Positions 1 through 10,406 of a DNA stretch of 64,000 nt are shown here, one piece after another. Every line of letters starts with the position of its first letter. The stretch's first letter is position 1. The position numbers and the translations under genes are program-made. The stretch is from positions 1,408,001 to 1,472,000 of the forward strand of contig CAXXWQ010000003.1 of NCBI GenBank assembly GCA_963674945.2, read 5' to 3'. Source of the stretch: an uncultured Desulfosarcina sp. GTDB lineage: Bacteria; Desulfobacterota; Desulfobacteria; Desulfobacterales; Desulfosarcinaceae. The notes under the pieces are model-generated. The model was given only the letters and a program-made list of their open reading frames with translations, had not been told where the DNA came from and made no database searches.

Positions 1-455
1 TGCACGATGAGAATACCGATGGCAATGACGCCATGGCGCGAGGCCATCTCGTTCTTCTGTTCAAATACCTTGACGGCAAAGACCGTACTGGAAAAACTCA
101 AGGCGAACGCGGCCAAAAATGCGGTCTGCCAGGTCAGCGAACGCAGCACCGGAAGGCCCAGGATTCCCAGCAGCACCATGCCGGTGCCGAAAATCGCCAC
201 GGTGATTCCCATGTGGACCATAGAGCCGCCCCACACCTCCGGTCTGGCAAGACTCTTGAGCCTGAGTTTCAGACCGATGGAGAACAGCAAAAGGGTTACC
301 CCCACATCGGCGATCAGTTCCAGTTGATCTCCGGCTTCGATACCCATGCCGTTTAAAATGAACCCGGCGACCAGGTACCCGACCAGGGGGGGGAGTCCGA
401 TGTGGCTGGTAATCGCGCCAAAGATGAAGGCGGCAATGATCAGGATCGGATCCAT
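1..455 (-). CDS. Cation:proton antiporter (CPA2/Kef-type), N-terminal part; runs off the window edge
   Basis: Manual translation from ATG at 455: MDPILIIAAFIFGAITSHIGLPPLVGYLVAGFIL...GVTLLLFSIGLKL...ALSFSSTVFAVKVF...AIGILIV, typical CPA2 motifs; not in the ORF track. Confidence 0.85.
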   Translation of the reverse strand, partial: MDPILIIAAFIFGAITSHIGLPPLVGYLVAGFILNGMGIEAGDQLELIADVGVTLLLFSIGLKLRLKSLARPEVWGGSMVHMGITVAIFGTGMVLLGILGLPVLRSLTWQTAFLAAFALSFSSTVFAVKVFEQKNEMASRHGVIAIGILIV

Positions 456-465
456 GGAAAATTTC

Positions 466-1089
466 CTAATTCAAATTGAGCTTTATCAACGTTTCAGCCA
501 ATTCACGGGAAAAGTCGGCCAAAACCACGCTCATGGCCTGGACCACGTGGGTCGCATCACTGCCGGCGGCATTCCGGGTGATGGTCGAATATCCCTGTCG
601 TAAGAGATGACGGTCCTCGTTGTCGACGATGCGCCAGGAGGCCTTCAGGGTCACCTGCCCCGCAGCATCCGCATCGAAACGGAGCACGTCCACGGTCACC
701 TTCACCCGGATATCATCGGAACGTTTCCATGGGTGGGAACGAATTAGGGGAGAGCCGGTCAAGGCCGTCAGATTCTCGGCCATCACCCGGGAGACGGTAA
801 CCTGTAACGGCTCGGCCCATTGGTTGAAATCGTCTATGCGCAGTTCTTGTTCGTCCAAACGGAACACCATCTGTTGACGCTTCAGGTAGGGGGGGATGGC
901 AATCGGTCCGACGCCAATGGGAATCGATCCCGGTCCATGTGCCGAATCCGGCTGGATTGCCGAATCCACGATGGATTCAATGAGGTAATAGCGTGTGCGT
1001 GAGGAGGTGGATGTTCCCAGGTTCACGCATGCGGCAAGGAAAATCGCTCCCCCCAAAATGACGATCCATTTGGCAATGTGCCTCTTCAT
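466..1089 (-). CDS. PqiC-like ABC transport auxiliary lipoprotein
   Basis: Lipobox LAAC, IGVGPIAIPPYL and QWAEPL motifs; directly downstream of the MCE gene. Confidence 0.85.
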   Translation of the reverse strand: MKRHIAKWIVILGGAIFLAACVNLGTSTSSRTRYYLIESIVDSAIQPDSAHGPGSIPIGVGPIAIPPYLKRQQMVFRLDEQELRIDDFNQWAEPLQVTVSRVMAENLTALTGSPLIRSHPWKRSDDIRVKVTVDVLRFDADAAGQVTLKASWRIVDNEDRHLLRQGYSTITRNAAGSDATHVVQAMSVVLADFSRELAETLIKLNLN

Positions 1090-2189
1090 TTCTCCTCCAT
1101 CGCCGTATCCGGTTGTCTGCCCTGGAGCAGCGACTCGGGATGCCGTCCCAGGTATTCGGCCAGAACGGTCAGTGCCGCAGCGGCCCTTTTTAATTCGCTC
1201 ATGGTTTCTCCGACGCGGTAGACGAACGAAGAATCCTCGTCCGAGAGATAGGCCAGGTTGTCCATTAACGTTTCTGCCCGTTGAAGGGCAGATACGGCGG
1301 CTGCGGTGGTCGCCTCCGTGTTGTCCATCACCGGTTGCAATCGCTGATGAAGGTCTGTAAGAATACGGCTCAAATCGGCAGCCGCATCGGTGATCCGGGT
1401 GGCCATGGGTGAAATCTCTCCGTCTGTTGTTTGAATCATTTTGCGAAGATCGGTAATCGCCGCATCGGCTGTCGTGGAAAGCTGCCCCACCCGCTGGTCC
1501 AGATTCTCGGCCAGTTGGCGGTACGCGACCAGTGTCTCGTTTACCGTTTCCATGGTCCGGTGCAGACCTTCGTCGCTTATCAGCCGTTCGATTCCCTTTG
1601 CCGAAGCCTGCAGTGATGCGGCAACCCCTTCCACATCGATTTTGTCCAGGGTTTTGGCGAGTGCATCCATGTCCGATGGCAGCGTGGGAAGCTCAACATA
1701 TTCGTCGTCGAAATTCATCAGCTTCACTTCCGTTCCCGGATAGAAGTCAAAGGCCACCAGAAGCTGGCCGGTAACGATACTCTGGAGCTGCAACTTGCCG
1801 CGGAGCCCGTTTTCGATCATCTGGTGGACGGCGGTATACGATGTAAGCCGCTTCTTTTCCGGTTTTTGCTTGCTGGCCCCGCCGGTCATCATGACCGACC
1901 CTTCGGGGACTTCGAAAATCACCTGGTTCAAGAAGGAGTCGTTGTCCTTGTTGTAGACGAGATGAACCTCCTTGACATGCCCCATGGCCACACCTTTCAG
2001 CTGGACGGGAGCCCCCACGCTCAATCCCTTGACCGATCCGGTAAAATACATCACATATCTGTAGGAATGCTGGAAAAAGTTCCCACTACCCAGAAACAGG
2101 ACGCCCATGGTAACGATGATGACAGCACCGATGATGAACGCACCGATGAGTGTAGGATTGACGGATTTTCCCATAATCTTATTGCTCAT
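1086..2189 (-). CDS. MlaD/MCE family protein
   Basis: N-terminal TM helix, SVKGLSVGAPVQLKGV MCE motif, helical tail ending HPESLLQGR. Confidence 0.9.
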   Translation of the reverse strand: MSNKIMGKSVNPTLIGAFIIGAVIIVTMGVLFLGSGNFFQHSYRYVMYFTGSVKGLSVGAPVQLKGVAMGHVKEVHLVYNKDNDSFLNQVIFEVPEGSVMMTGGASKQKPEKKRLTSYTAVHQMIENGLRGKLQLQSIVTGQLLVAFDFYPGTEVKLMNFDDEYVELPTLPSDMDALAKTLDKIDVEGVAASLQASAKGIERLISDEGLHRTMETVNETLVAYRQLAENLDQRVGQLSTTADAAITDLRKMIQTTDGEISPMATRITDAAADLSRILTDLHQRLQPVMDNTEATTAAAVSALQRAETLMDNLAYLSDEDSSFVYRVGETMSELKRAAAALTVLAEYLGRHPESLLQGRQPDTAMEEK

Positions 2190-2971
2190 CTTTCCCTTCC
2201 GTCTTTCTCCCCTCGGGTCAAAAATCGTATCACGCCGGGGTTTTCCGCCTTCGCCAACATCTCTTTTGGATCACCGGTGGCAGCGGCCGTTTGTGTATCG
2301 GTGTCCAAAAACACGCCGTTGTTGGCAATGGCGAAAATGCTGGGAAGTTCATGGGTGACGATGATTACCGTAGTGCCCATGCTATGGTTGATCTCCAGGA
2401 TCAGATCATCGAGGTTTTTCGCACTCACAGGGTCCAATCCCGCAGACGGCTCGTCGAAGAAGAGAACTTCGGGGTCCAGTGCCATTGCCCGGGCGAGACC
2501 GGCGCGTTTTCGCATCCCCCCGGAAATCTGGGATGGATAATAGCCGGAGAAACCGGAAAGGCCGACCAGCGACAATTTGAAGCGAACCATCTGTCGAATC
2601 TGCCGTTTTGTAAGATCGGTGTAGAGTTCCATGGGAAGCCCGACGTTCTCTTCCAGCGTCATGGAACTCCACAGCGCGCCACTCTGGTAAAGAATTCCGA
2701 AACGCCGCATCATACGATCACGCGCCTCGGCCGGCAAAGACCAGAAATCCTCGTCGCCGTATTTTACCCAGCCGGCATGGGGGGGCTTCAACCCCACCAG
2801 GATTCGCATCAAGGTACTCTTTCCGCACCCGCTCCCCCCCATGATGGCAAACACATCGCCCCGGTAGACGGTAAAATCCAGGTCTCTCATGAGGATCAAA
2901 TCATCGTACCCCATTGTCAGTGTCCCCACCGTAATATGGGGGTTTCGATGTTTTCTGTCGTCTTCTGCCAT
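2186..2971 (-). CDS. MlaF/Ttg2A-type ABC transporter ATP-binding protein
   Basis: Walker A GGSGCGKS, signature ISGGMRKR, Walker B LFFDEP; start placed at ATG 2971. Confidence 0.9.
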   Translation of the reverse strand: MAEDDRKHRNPHITVGTLTMGYDDLILMRDLDFTVYRGDVFAIMGGSGCGKSTLMRILVGLKPPHAGWVKYGDEDFWSLPAEARDRMMRRFGILYQSGALWSSMTLEENVGLPMELYTDLTKRQIRQMVRFKLSLVGLSGFSGYYPSQISGGMRKRAGLARAMALDPEVLFFDEPSAGLDPVSAKNLDDLILEINHSMGTTVIIVTHELPSIFAIANNGVFLDTDTQTAAATGDPKEMLAKAENPGVIRFLTRGEKDGRER

Positions 2972-3071
2972 CTTTACCAATGTTTAGCGGGAAATAGAAA
3001 CATTTTTCAGCATACACGAATATGCGAAAATTGTAATCCGCGTAATCGTACGGGTCCGTGGAAAATCACCA

Positions 3072-3467
3072 CTAGAGAGATGGTGTCTTCAGGTTGAGAT
3101 AGGATACCATGGGATCAAAATCGCGATCATCATGCAGTAGCGACAATCCCTCCATGATACAAAACGTCCCGATGATCACATCGGTTGTTTTTCGAATGAC
3201 AACACCTGTTTTTTTTAGGGTTCTGTAATTTCAAGCGCTTTGGACAGCGACTTCATATCCTCCGATTTGCCGGAATTGAAGCGCACCGAGCAAATCCTTG
3301 GCGGTTTCATAATCGCGATCTGTTTTGAACCCCTGAAGGACTTCTGCCATAATCAAATCCCCAATAATGATGGGAGTATTGGAAAGGTAATTGTCCAGCA
3401 GGTCCGTCTGCCAGGTTGAAAGACCGTTGAAATAACCGATCCATACGGAGGCGTCGACCAAAATCAT
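3072..3467 (-). pseudogene. vapC: VapC/PIN-domain toxin with an in-frame TGA at codon 79
   Basis: MILVDASVWI N-terminus; after TGA (3231-3233) the frame continues NYRTLKKTGVVIRKTTDVIIGTFC...LLHDDRDFDPM to TAG at 3072-3074. Confidence 0.85.
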
Positions 3468-3658
3468 TGATCGAGCCTCATGGCCTCTATGTCATCATCC
3501 CATTTCAGTTTTCCACGGAAGAGCCTGATCCGTTCCTGTTTTTTGATATGGACCAGAAGTCTGAGCCCTTTTTCGACTACGGCCTTTTTGGTTTTTGTTT
3601 TGCTGAGTGCCATGGCCTCATTAATCAGTTCGTCGTCGATAACGATGTTGGTTCGCAT
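3464..3658 (-). CDS. vapB: VapB-family antitoxin
   Basis: MRTNIVIDDELINEAM...TKKAVVEKGL; 4-bp overlap with vapC. Confidence 0.85.
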   Translation of the reverse strand: MRTNIVIDDELINEAMALSKTKTKKAVVEKGLRLLVHIKKQERIRLFRGKLKWDDDIEAMRLDQ

Positions 3659-3810
3659 ATTTCCGCCCTCTTCTGAATGTGTATCAATTTGATAATATAT
3701 ACACATCCAATCCGTGTCAAAAATATTGTTGTCTGATTGATTGGGCAAACGAGTGTTGGATGTAAATAATATCGTTGATTTATACGTATTTCTGCACTAT
3801 TTCGCATTGT

Positions 3811-4776
3811 TCATAAGAAGGTTCCAATCAAATATACAGTGTAGCTAAGGTAGCAAAACAGCAGAGCACCTCCCTCGATGCGGTTGACGCGCCCGGGACC
3901 TCGAAAACCGTAGCCGATGATGAACAGGGATGTGGTCAACCCAGCCATGACCATCATGTCCCGTGAGAAAACTTCATGCCCGACAGCTATCGGATGGATT
4001 GTTCCGGCGATACCCACTACTGCCAGGGTATTGAACAGGTTCGAGCCAAGCACGTTACCGAATGCAATATCGTGTTCGCCTTTACGGGTGGCAATGACCG
4101 ATGAGGCCAGTTCCGGCAGAGAAGTGCCGACGGCGACAATGGTTAGGCCGATCACCAGATCGCTGACCCCCAGGCTTTGGGCAATGATCACCGCACCCCA
4201 TACCAATATCCTGGAACTGGCGATCAGGAGAATCAGACCTATCCCGAGCCATAAGACCGCTCTGTAAAGCGGTATGGAGGAGGTGGATAGATCCTGTTCG
4301 ATTTCACTCCCAAAGGTATCGGGGCGCTTATGCGTCCCTTGCCGGATTGTCCAGACCATTAACGCACCGAATATAAACAGCAGGAGCAAGGATTCAACGC
4401 GGGTGATCTTTCCGTCCCAAAGCTGCCAGGAAGCCAATACCGTCACGGCGGTGAGGATTGGAAGTTCCTTGCGCAACACTTGCGAATGAACTGTGATAGG
4501 GTTGATCAAGGCCGTTATGCCAAGTATGAGCGCGATGTTCGCAATGTTCGATCCATAGGCGTTTCCCAAAGCGATACCAGGGTTACCTTGCATTGCTGCC
4601 ATAGCAGAAACCGCCATTTCCGGAGTGGATGTGCCAAAACCGACGATCACCATGCCGATTAATAAAGGTGACATGCCGAAATGGTGTGCGATAGCGGAAG
4701 ATCCTTCCACGAAACGGTCGGCACTCCAAATCAGCAAAACAAGACCTATTACAATCGAAAAAAGGGTAAATATCAT
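3811..4776 (-). CDS. Calcium/sodium antiporter (CaCA, YrbG-like)
   Basis: Two alpha repeats GTSTPE...GNAYGSNIAN and GTSLPE...GNVLGSNLFN. Confidence 0.92.
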   Translation of the reverse strand: MIFTLFSIVIGLVLLIWSADRFVEGSSAIAHHFGMSPLLIGMVIVGFGTSTPEMAVSAMAAMQGNPGIALGNAYGSNIANIALILGITALINPITVHSQVLRKELPILTAVTVLASWQLWDGKITRVESLLLLFIFGALMVWTIRQGTHKRPDTFGSEIEQDLSTSSIPLYRAVLWLGIGLILLIASSRILVWGAVIIAQSLGVSDLVIGLTIVAVGTSLPELASSVIATRKGEHDIAFGNVLGSNLFNTLAVVGIAGTIHPIAVGHEVFSRDMMVMAGLTTSLFIIGYGFRGPGRVNRIEGGALLFCYLSYTVYLIGTFL

Positions 4777-4920
4777 TGTCCTTATTTATGCTCCTTTTTT
4801 AACAAAATGATAGCTTGCTTCTTTATTGAGAAAACAGTATAAGCACCGGCGCTTTCATTACATATCGAATCGTATACGTCCTTTACATTTATTTTTTGCA
4901 TCGTGCAATTTTGAGGTTAT

Positions 4921-5145
4921 TTGGTTCTAAACGCATCGAATTTTGGCAAATCAAAAACTCTAAATGACAATTTTTCCTTGGCTAAGCATGATGTTGTGGT
5001 TTTTGTCGACGCCGATGTGATTATCTCTCGAAAACCATTGACTGACGCCATTGCGCGGTTGCAACGTAAGAACGTTGGAGCTGTTAGCTGTCCTTACCGT
5101 GCCATTAATCAAGGTTTTACTCCTCTGATGCAGACGATCGAGTAA
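4921..5145 (+). pseudogene. Internal fragment of a family 2 glycosyltransferase
   Basis: GKSKTLN...AKHDVVVFVDADV (DxD motif)...VGAVS; far too short for a complete GT2. Confidence 0.6.
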
Positions 5146-5190
5146 AAGTTGAATAGAGTTTTTGTCACTTTTAGCTATATCGATCGTCGG

Positions 5191-6864
5191 CTATCGAGGC
5201 TGGTGCAATTGGGCTGCCAACAAATCATTGTGGCTTACAATACCCACCAGCATGGAGGGATTGTCCTGTGCCACCACCAGCAGGAATGTGGCTTGCGGAT
5301 GATTTTTCAGTTTGAGTATAGCCGCTTGGAGGGTATCTTCCGGGGTCACTTTCAGGTAGACATCGGTGGCGATTTCAGCCGCGACGACTAAATGTCGCAG
5401 GCCCGGATCGAAAAGGGTATCCGAAACATCTGCAAATCTCACAACCCCGACGAGCTCATCACTGTCATCGACTACCGGTACGCTATCATAGCTGGAATGG
5501 CCAAGGGTCTTTACCACTTCATCGAACGGCGCCCTGTGGGATAATACCTCCACGTTTCGACGCATGATGTGGGATACCCGGATATCACCTGGCGGATTCC
5601 GTCGCACAATTGGAGAGAGACCCAGGGATCGCAAAAATTCGCCGAAGACACGTCGCAATCCATCGCCATAGCCTACCGGACTGCGCTTACCGAGTAGATT
5701 CAGAACCGTTATCTCACCGGCATTGACCAGCGAAGTGCGGGTAAGCAGGGGGCCAACCATCTCGAACACCACCACCGACGCCAGGATCAACGTCTGTAGA
5801 GTCTTGCCCGGACCCGGCCACTCCGTCGCCAAAACATTGGATAAACCGATTACCAGGCCGGCTTGTGCCAGCATGGCTGGGCCCAGCCAGTTTCTGATGG
5901 TTATGTTCATCCCAGCCGCCCTGGCCCCTGTCCGGCATCCGATGAATTTTCCCGCGCTTCGTGCAACTATATAAACCAAACCGATGACTCCCATGTGGAA
6001 AAGGGCTTCGAGATGGAGTTCTGCTCCGGCCATGATGAAAAACAGCACATAAAATGGATAATCGATTCCCGATAGTTCTTCGAGCATTCGCGGGCCGTGG
6101 GGGGCGGTGTTCACGGCAACGACGCCGGCGACCAGGACGCTCAGCATAGCTGATAAATGGAAATACGAAGCTGCACCGGTGGCAAGGGCAACAGCTCCCA
6201 ATACCAGCATTTGTCGTTCCACCTGACGGGTGAAACGCTGATCCATGACAGCGATAAAAGTTCCAGCAAGGACACCCAGTCCGAGAGGACCCAAAAGTTG
6301 GATCACCGTTTTCCAAAATGACGGGGAAGTGGATAATCCGTAATGTTTCAGCAATATGAATGCGATGATCGACAATAGATTGTTGATACCGATGAGCGGC
6401 AGAATGGTGTCGGTCAGTGATCCCCGCGATTGATATTCGCGCATTACCATTTGGGTGGCGGCCGGAGCAGTGGTGATCGCCATCACGGAAAGGAAGCCTG
6501 CTTCCAGCGGCGATACTCCCATTAACAAGGTCCCCAACCAGACAAGAAGTGCGCTCAAACCGATTTCAAATGCACTGAGACGAAATAGCCTCGATCCCAT
6601 TTTCCGAATGGTTTTCAAGCGGAAGCTGCCGCCGATGGTAAATACAATCAAGCTGAGAATCATATCATGCAGCGGGGAAAGTGTGGCAAGTTGTGCCTTT
6701 GTAACGATAGCGGGCAACCCTAAAATCTCACCGGTATAAGGGCCCGTCGCCAGACCGACCAAAAGGTATCCGGTGACGCGGGGAATTCCCAAAGCGGCGC
6801 TCAGGCGGCCAACGCCGATTGCGAAAATATACAGAACACCTATGGTCAAGAGCAGGGGGAACAT
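5191..6864 (-). CDS. Cation:proton antiporter with C-terminal CBS domains
   Basis: GIPRVTGYLLVG, TAPAAT, multiple TM helices; C-terminal VSHIM...VPVVD...LVGVV CBS pair. Confidence 0.88.
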   Translation of the reverse strand: MFPLLLTIGVLYIFAIGVGRLSAALGIPRVTGYLLVGLATGPYTGEILGLPAIVTKAQLATLSPLHDMILSLIVFTIGGSFRLKTIRKMGSRLFRLSAFEIGLSALLVWLGTLLMGVSPLEAGFLSVMAITTAPAATQMVMREYQSRGSLTDTILPLIGINNLLSIIAFILLKHYGLSTSPSFWKTVIQLLGPLGLGVLAGTFIAVMDQRFTRQVERQMLVLGAVALATGAASYFHLSAMLSVLVAGVVAVNTAPHGPRMLEELSGIDYPFYVLFFIMAGAELHLEALFHMGVIGLVYIVARSAGKFIGCRTGARAAGMNITIRNWLGPAMLAQAGLVIGLSNVLATEWPGPGKTLQTLILASVVVFEMVGPLLTRTSLVNAGEITVLNLLGKRSPVGYGDGLRRVFGEFLRSLGLSPIVRRNPPGDIRVSHIMRRNVEVLSHRAPFDEVVKTLGHSSYDSVPVVDDSDELVGVVRFADVSDTLFDPGLRHLVVAAEIATDVYLKVTPEDTLQAAILKLKNHPQATFLLVVAQDNPSMLVGIVSHNDLLAAQLHQPR

Positions 6865-7176
6865 TTGAATTTCCACAAATTACATCGCTTGTTGAAGTTT
6901 TTTTAATCACGGTTCTCGGACGAAAGCAACCGATATGATAGAAACAAGCCCCCTCCATCCACACGTAATCTGATCAAAGAATATATCTATTTTCAGAATT
7001 ATGGTATGCTGAGGGCAAGGATCTTCTTTATAACCTATAAGAATATAACAAAACTTGGTTTTGAGTTTTTTGCTGACTCCTTTCATATCTTGAGGCTGAT
7101 GAATACAACCTCGGTCTGAAGTGGTTCGAGGACCATGCACCCGCTGAGACCAGACATATGGCAGAAATGATATCAC

Positions 7177-7665
7177 ATGAAAATAAGAAAAGCATCCAGT
7201 GCTGACAAAGAAAATATTTCGAGGCTACATGTTGCATCAATCAGAAGACTGTGTGCCAGCCACTATACCCCTGAACAGTTAAATGATTGGACCAGCGTTC
7301 TTACTCCTTCTGCCTATGACCAGGCTCTGAAAGAAAAGGAGTTTTTAGTTGCTTCCAATTCACAACACGCACTGCTGGGACTCGGAATCTTTGACATTAG
7401 AAACGCAGAAGTCAGCGCAATTTATATTCATCCGGATGCTGCCGGAAGGGGAATTGGGTCGAAACTTCTTAACGAACTTGAGAAGATTGCCCGAAACAGC
7501 AATATCCTTACAATCACAGTTCATTCTACACTCAATGCAAAAGGCTTCTATATTGCGCACGGATATTCAGAACAAGAATTGACGTTTCACAATTTGCCGA
7601 ACGGAGTAAAGCTTGCGTGTGCCAGAATGTTTAAGATTCTACCGAAGGTTGCCGAACGGTATTGA
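7177..7665 (+). CDS. GNAT family N-acetyltransferase
   Basis: IYIHPDAAGRGIGSKLL acetyl-CoA binding motif, NAKGFY. Confidence 0.9.
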   Translation: MKIRKASSADKENISRLHVASIRRLCASHYTPEQLNDWTSVLTPSAYDQALKEKEFLVASNSQHALLGLGIFDIRNAEVSAIYIHPDAAGRGIGSKLLNELEKIARNSNILTITVHSTLNAKGFYIAHGYSEQELTFHNLPNGVKLACARMFKILPKVAERY

Positions 7666-7708
7666 GAGCGACGGCAAAATCCGCAACGCTACATGCCGGG
7701 CGTTCGGC
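7651..7708 (+). mobile_element. Degenerate integron attC-like site (58 bp)
   Basis: GCCGAAC ... GTTCGGC complementary ends with an imperfect internal inverted repeat, overlapping the GNAT stop codon. Confidence 0.5.
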
Positions 7709-7784
7709 GTTTAAATGAAAGAGTTATGAATCATGGAAGATAAATAATTGAAGGATTACCTTTTTTATTGATTGTTAAGGAGAG

Positions 7785-9377
7785 TTGAACGTGTATCATC
7801 GAATCGTAAACATATTCATTGCAACACAGAATCCTCAACTTGAAACGCTTCTTCGAGGCGCTCCACCGCTTGAAAGATTCTCATATCAATTTTTCTGTCA
7901 TCCGGATGTCCATGAAGAAGACCTGAAAGGATGTACGGTCATCGTTCTCGATTTCGAAAACGACGAACCGATATCTCTGGAAAAAATTCTCGCAGCCAAA
8001 GATGAGCAGGCTGTTGTTATCGGTTGTTTTTCAGCCGGTAGCTTTCCAGCCCTGGCAGAAAATTACCAGATCTTCGACCGGATCTGGATCAAACCATTTG
8101 TTGAAGATAAGGTTCTGTCTTCTTTTTCCGGCATACTGAAGCGTATTAAAAAGCAGGAGGATTCGGCACTTACCAAAAAATATCTGGACACATTGATAGA
8201 CAGTCTACCCGACTTGATTTGGTTCAAGGATGCAAGGGGGGCGCATTTGAAAGTCAACAACAGCTTCTGCCGTGCTGTAAATAAAACAAAGACCCAGATT
8301 GAAGGCCGTGGACATTACTATATCTGGGATCTTGAACCGGATGAATACGCCCAGGGGGAATATATTTGCCTGGAATCAGAAGAAATTGTTCTTAATCAGA
8401 AAAAGACCTGCCTTTTCGATGAAACCGTGAAATGCGGCGATGAACTCCGCAAGTTCAAAACCTACAAGTCACCCATCTTCGACACCGATGGCAGCGTTAT
8501 TGGCACTGTGGGATTCGCCCATGATGTGACCGACCTGCAGAACCTGCTTATTGAATTGAATATCCTGATTGAGAGCCTGCCGTTTGCCGTCATGATCACG
8601 GACAAGGACAGAATGATTACCAGCGTCAATCAGAAATTCATTGACACTTTTGTGTTGGACCGCACAGAGGTGGTAGGCAAGCATGTTGATTCTCTCCTTG
8701 ATGAAACCAAGACCTTCACCCGGAGCAAAAGATGGATTCTTGAGCGTGAAGAAGAAGGCACCCTGCTCCTTTCTGAACACAAGGTATTGAAAATTCACGA
8801 AGAAAAGCTTCTGGACATATTCGGCATGCTGGCTGGCTATATCCAACTCTTCATGGACATTACCCTTGCGCATCAGCAAAGAAACAAGCTGCTCATAGAC
8901 GCAAACACAGACCACCTGACCAGGCTTAACAACAGACGCAGTCTGCAGGATTTCATGCGGAAAACACCTTGTAAAGCGGGTACCGTACTGTTGCTCGCGG
9001 ACCTTGATAACTTTAAGGAGGTCAATGATCAGTACGGTCACGACGAAGGTGACAAGGTGTTGGTAGCCTTTTCCGATTTGCTTACACAGACATTTCCTGC
9101 TGAAAACCTGTTTCGGCTTGGGGGAGATGAGTTTGCTATAATTCTCCATAATATGGAAGGCCCCACTATTCCGAGACAATACGCCGAACAGTTTCTCGAA
9201 AGATGTAACACAAACATCACGAAACAGTTTTCCCAAACCAATATTTCTGTAAGCATCGGCATTGCTATGGACGTCGATGATGTTAGAGACTTCGGCGAAT
9301 TATTCAAAAGAGCGGACATGGCCCTTTATGAATCAAAAAAAGCAGGGAAAAATACGTTTACTTTCTGGAAAAGATAG
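7785..9377 (+). CDS. PAS-domain diguanylate cyclase
   Basis: Two PAS-like segments, DHLTRLNNRR, DLDNFKEVNDQYGH, intact GGDEF, ADMALY. Confidence 0.92.
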   Translation: MNVYHRIVNIFIATQNPQLETLLRGAPPLERFSYQFFCHPDVHEEDLKGCTVIVLDFENDEPISLEKILAAKDEQAVVIGCFSAGSFPALAENYQIFDRIWIKPFVEDKVLSSFSGILKRIKKQEDSALTKKYLDTLIDSLPDLIWFKDARGAHLKVNNSFCRAVNKTKTQIEGRGHYYIWDLEPDEYAQGEYICLESEEIVLNQKKTCLFDETVKCGDELRKFKTYKSPIFDTDGSVIGTVGFAHDVTDLQNLLIELNILIESLPFAVMITDKDRMITSVNQKFIDTFVLDRTEVVGKHVDSLLDETKTFTRSKRWILEREEEGTLLLSEHKVLKIHEEKLLDIFGMLAGYIQLFMDITLAHQQRNKLLIDANTDHLTRLNNRRSLQDFMRKTPCKAGTVLLLADLDNFKEVNDQYGHDEGDKVLVAFSDLLTQTFPAENLFRLGGDEFAIILHNMEGPTIPRQYAEQFLERCNTNITKQFSQTNISVSIGIAMDVDDVRDFGELFKRADMALYESKKAGKNTFTFWKR

Positions 9378-9590
9378 CCCGTGAAACGACATGTGAAGCT
9401 TTAAAAAGTCGGAAAATCATACGACGATGATGGAATCGAGCACATCGATGTGGTTATTTATTCATGTGTAAATAAAAAAATCTCATTTCATCAACTACTT
9501 TTATCGGATGTGCTCATAATACATTCGTCTGCCTTTGACGCCGTCACCTGCTTTCTGCAATCTTTATTTTTCCATGTACCTTCTACACAA

Positions 9591-10406
9591 CTATTGAGGA
9601 GTAATTGACGGGGTACCACCGTATACCGGTAAAATGCACCCTGTGATATAATTGGCATCATCGGACGATAGAAAGGCCACGGCATTGGCGACATCTTCCG
9701 GTTCCCCTCGTTTCGCTAACGGGCATATACCAAGCGTAGCCTTTTCACGCTCCATGAAGTTCTGGTATTCTTCAGGATTTGTCTCACGTTTCGCTTCCAT
9801 CGACAAGTATCCAGACGTCTTGATATAACCCGGGGAAACCACATTCACATTGATACCGTACTTGCCAACTTCGGCAGCCAGGGTCTTAGTGAAAGCATTA
9901 ACGCCCGCTTTACCGGCAGCGTAGATGGTGACACCACTTGTAGGCAAGTCCGCTGCCATGGTTGAAATATTCACGATTTTCCCACTTCGCTGCTGGATCA
10001 TACGTGTCAGAACCGCCCTGGTACAGTTCAACGTGCTACGCAATGTTATATTCAGCGTTCGGTCCCATTCCTCCGGCTTTGATTCGACAAAAAGACTGGG
10101 GAAATAAACAGGGCCTGATTCGGTCCATGCCAACCCCGCATTGTTTACTAGAATGTCCACTTTGCCAAACTCAGCCAGCACTTTCTCGACCATGGTATCG
10201 ACCTGCTCCATGACGGTGACATCTGCCACAATCGACAAGGACTCCCCTCCGAAACCTTTTACCTCATCAGCGACAGTATCGGCTATCTGCTGGTGAATAT
10301 CATTAATTACTACCGTTGCTCCCTTCCCTGCCAAAGTCAAAGCAATAACACGACCGATTCCCCGAGCGGCCCCGGTCACGATAGCTACCTTGCCTTCTAA
10401 ATTCAT
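9591..10406 (-). CDS. SDR family oxidoreductase (FabG-like)
   Basis: TGAARGIG, NNAG, YAAGK catalytic motif. Confidence 0.9.
   Translation of the reverse strand: MNLEGKVAIVTGAARGIGRVIALTLAGKGATVVINDIHQQIADTVADEVKGFGGESLSIVADVTVMEQVDTMVEKVLAEFGKVDILVNNAGLAWTESGPVYFPSLFVESKPEEWDRTLNITLRSTLNCTRAVLTRMIQQRSGKIVNISTMAADLPTSGVTIYAAGKAGVNAFTKTLAAEVGKYGINVNVVSPGYIKTSGYLSMEAKRETNPEEYQNFMEREKATLGICPLAKRGEPEDVANAVAFLSSDDANYITGCILPVYGGTPSITPQ

Noticed and set aside
3231..3233. Selenocysteine recoding of the vapC TGA
   Set aside because: The position is not a Cys site in PIN domains and no SECIS-like hairpin is evident downstream
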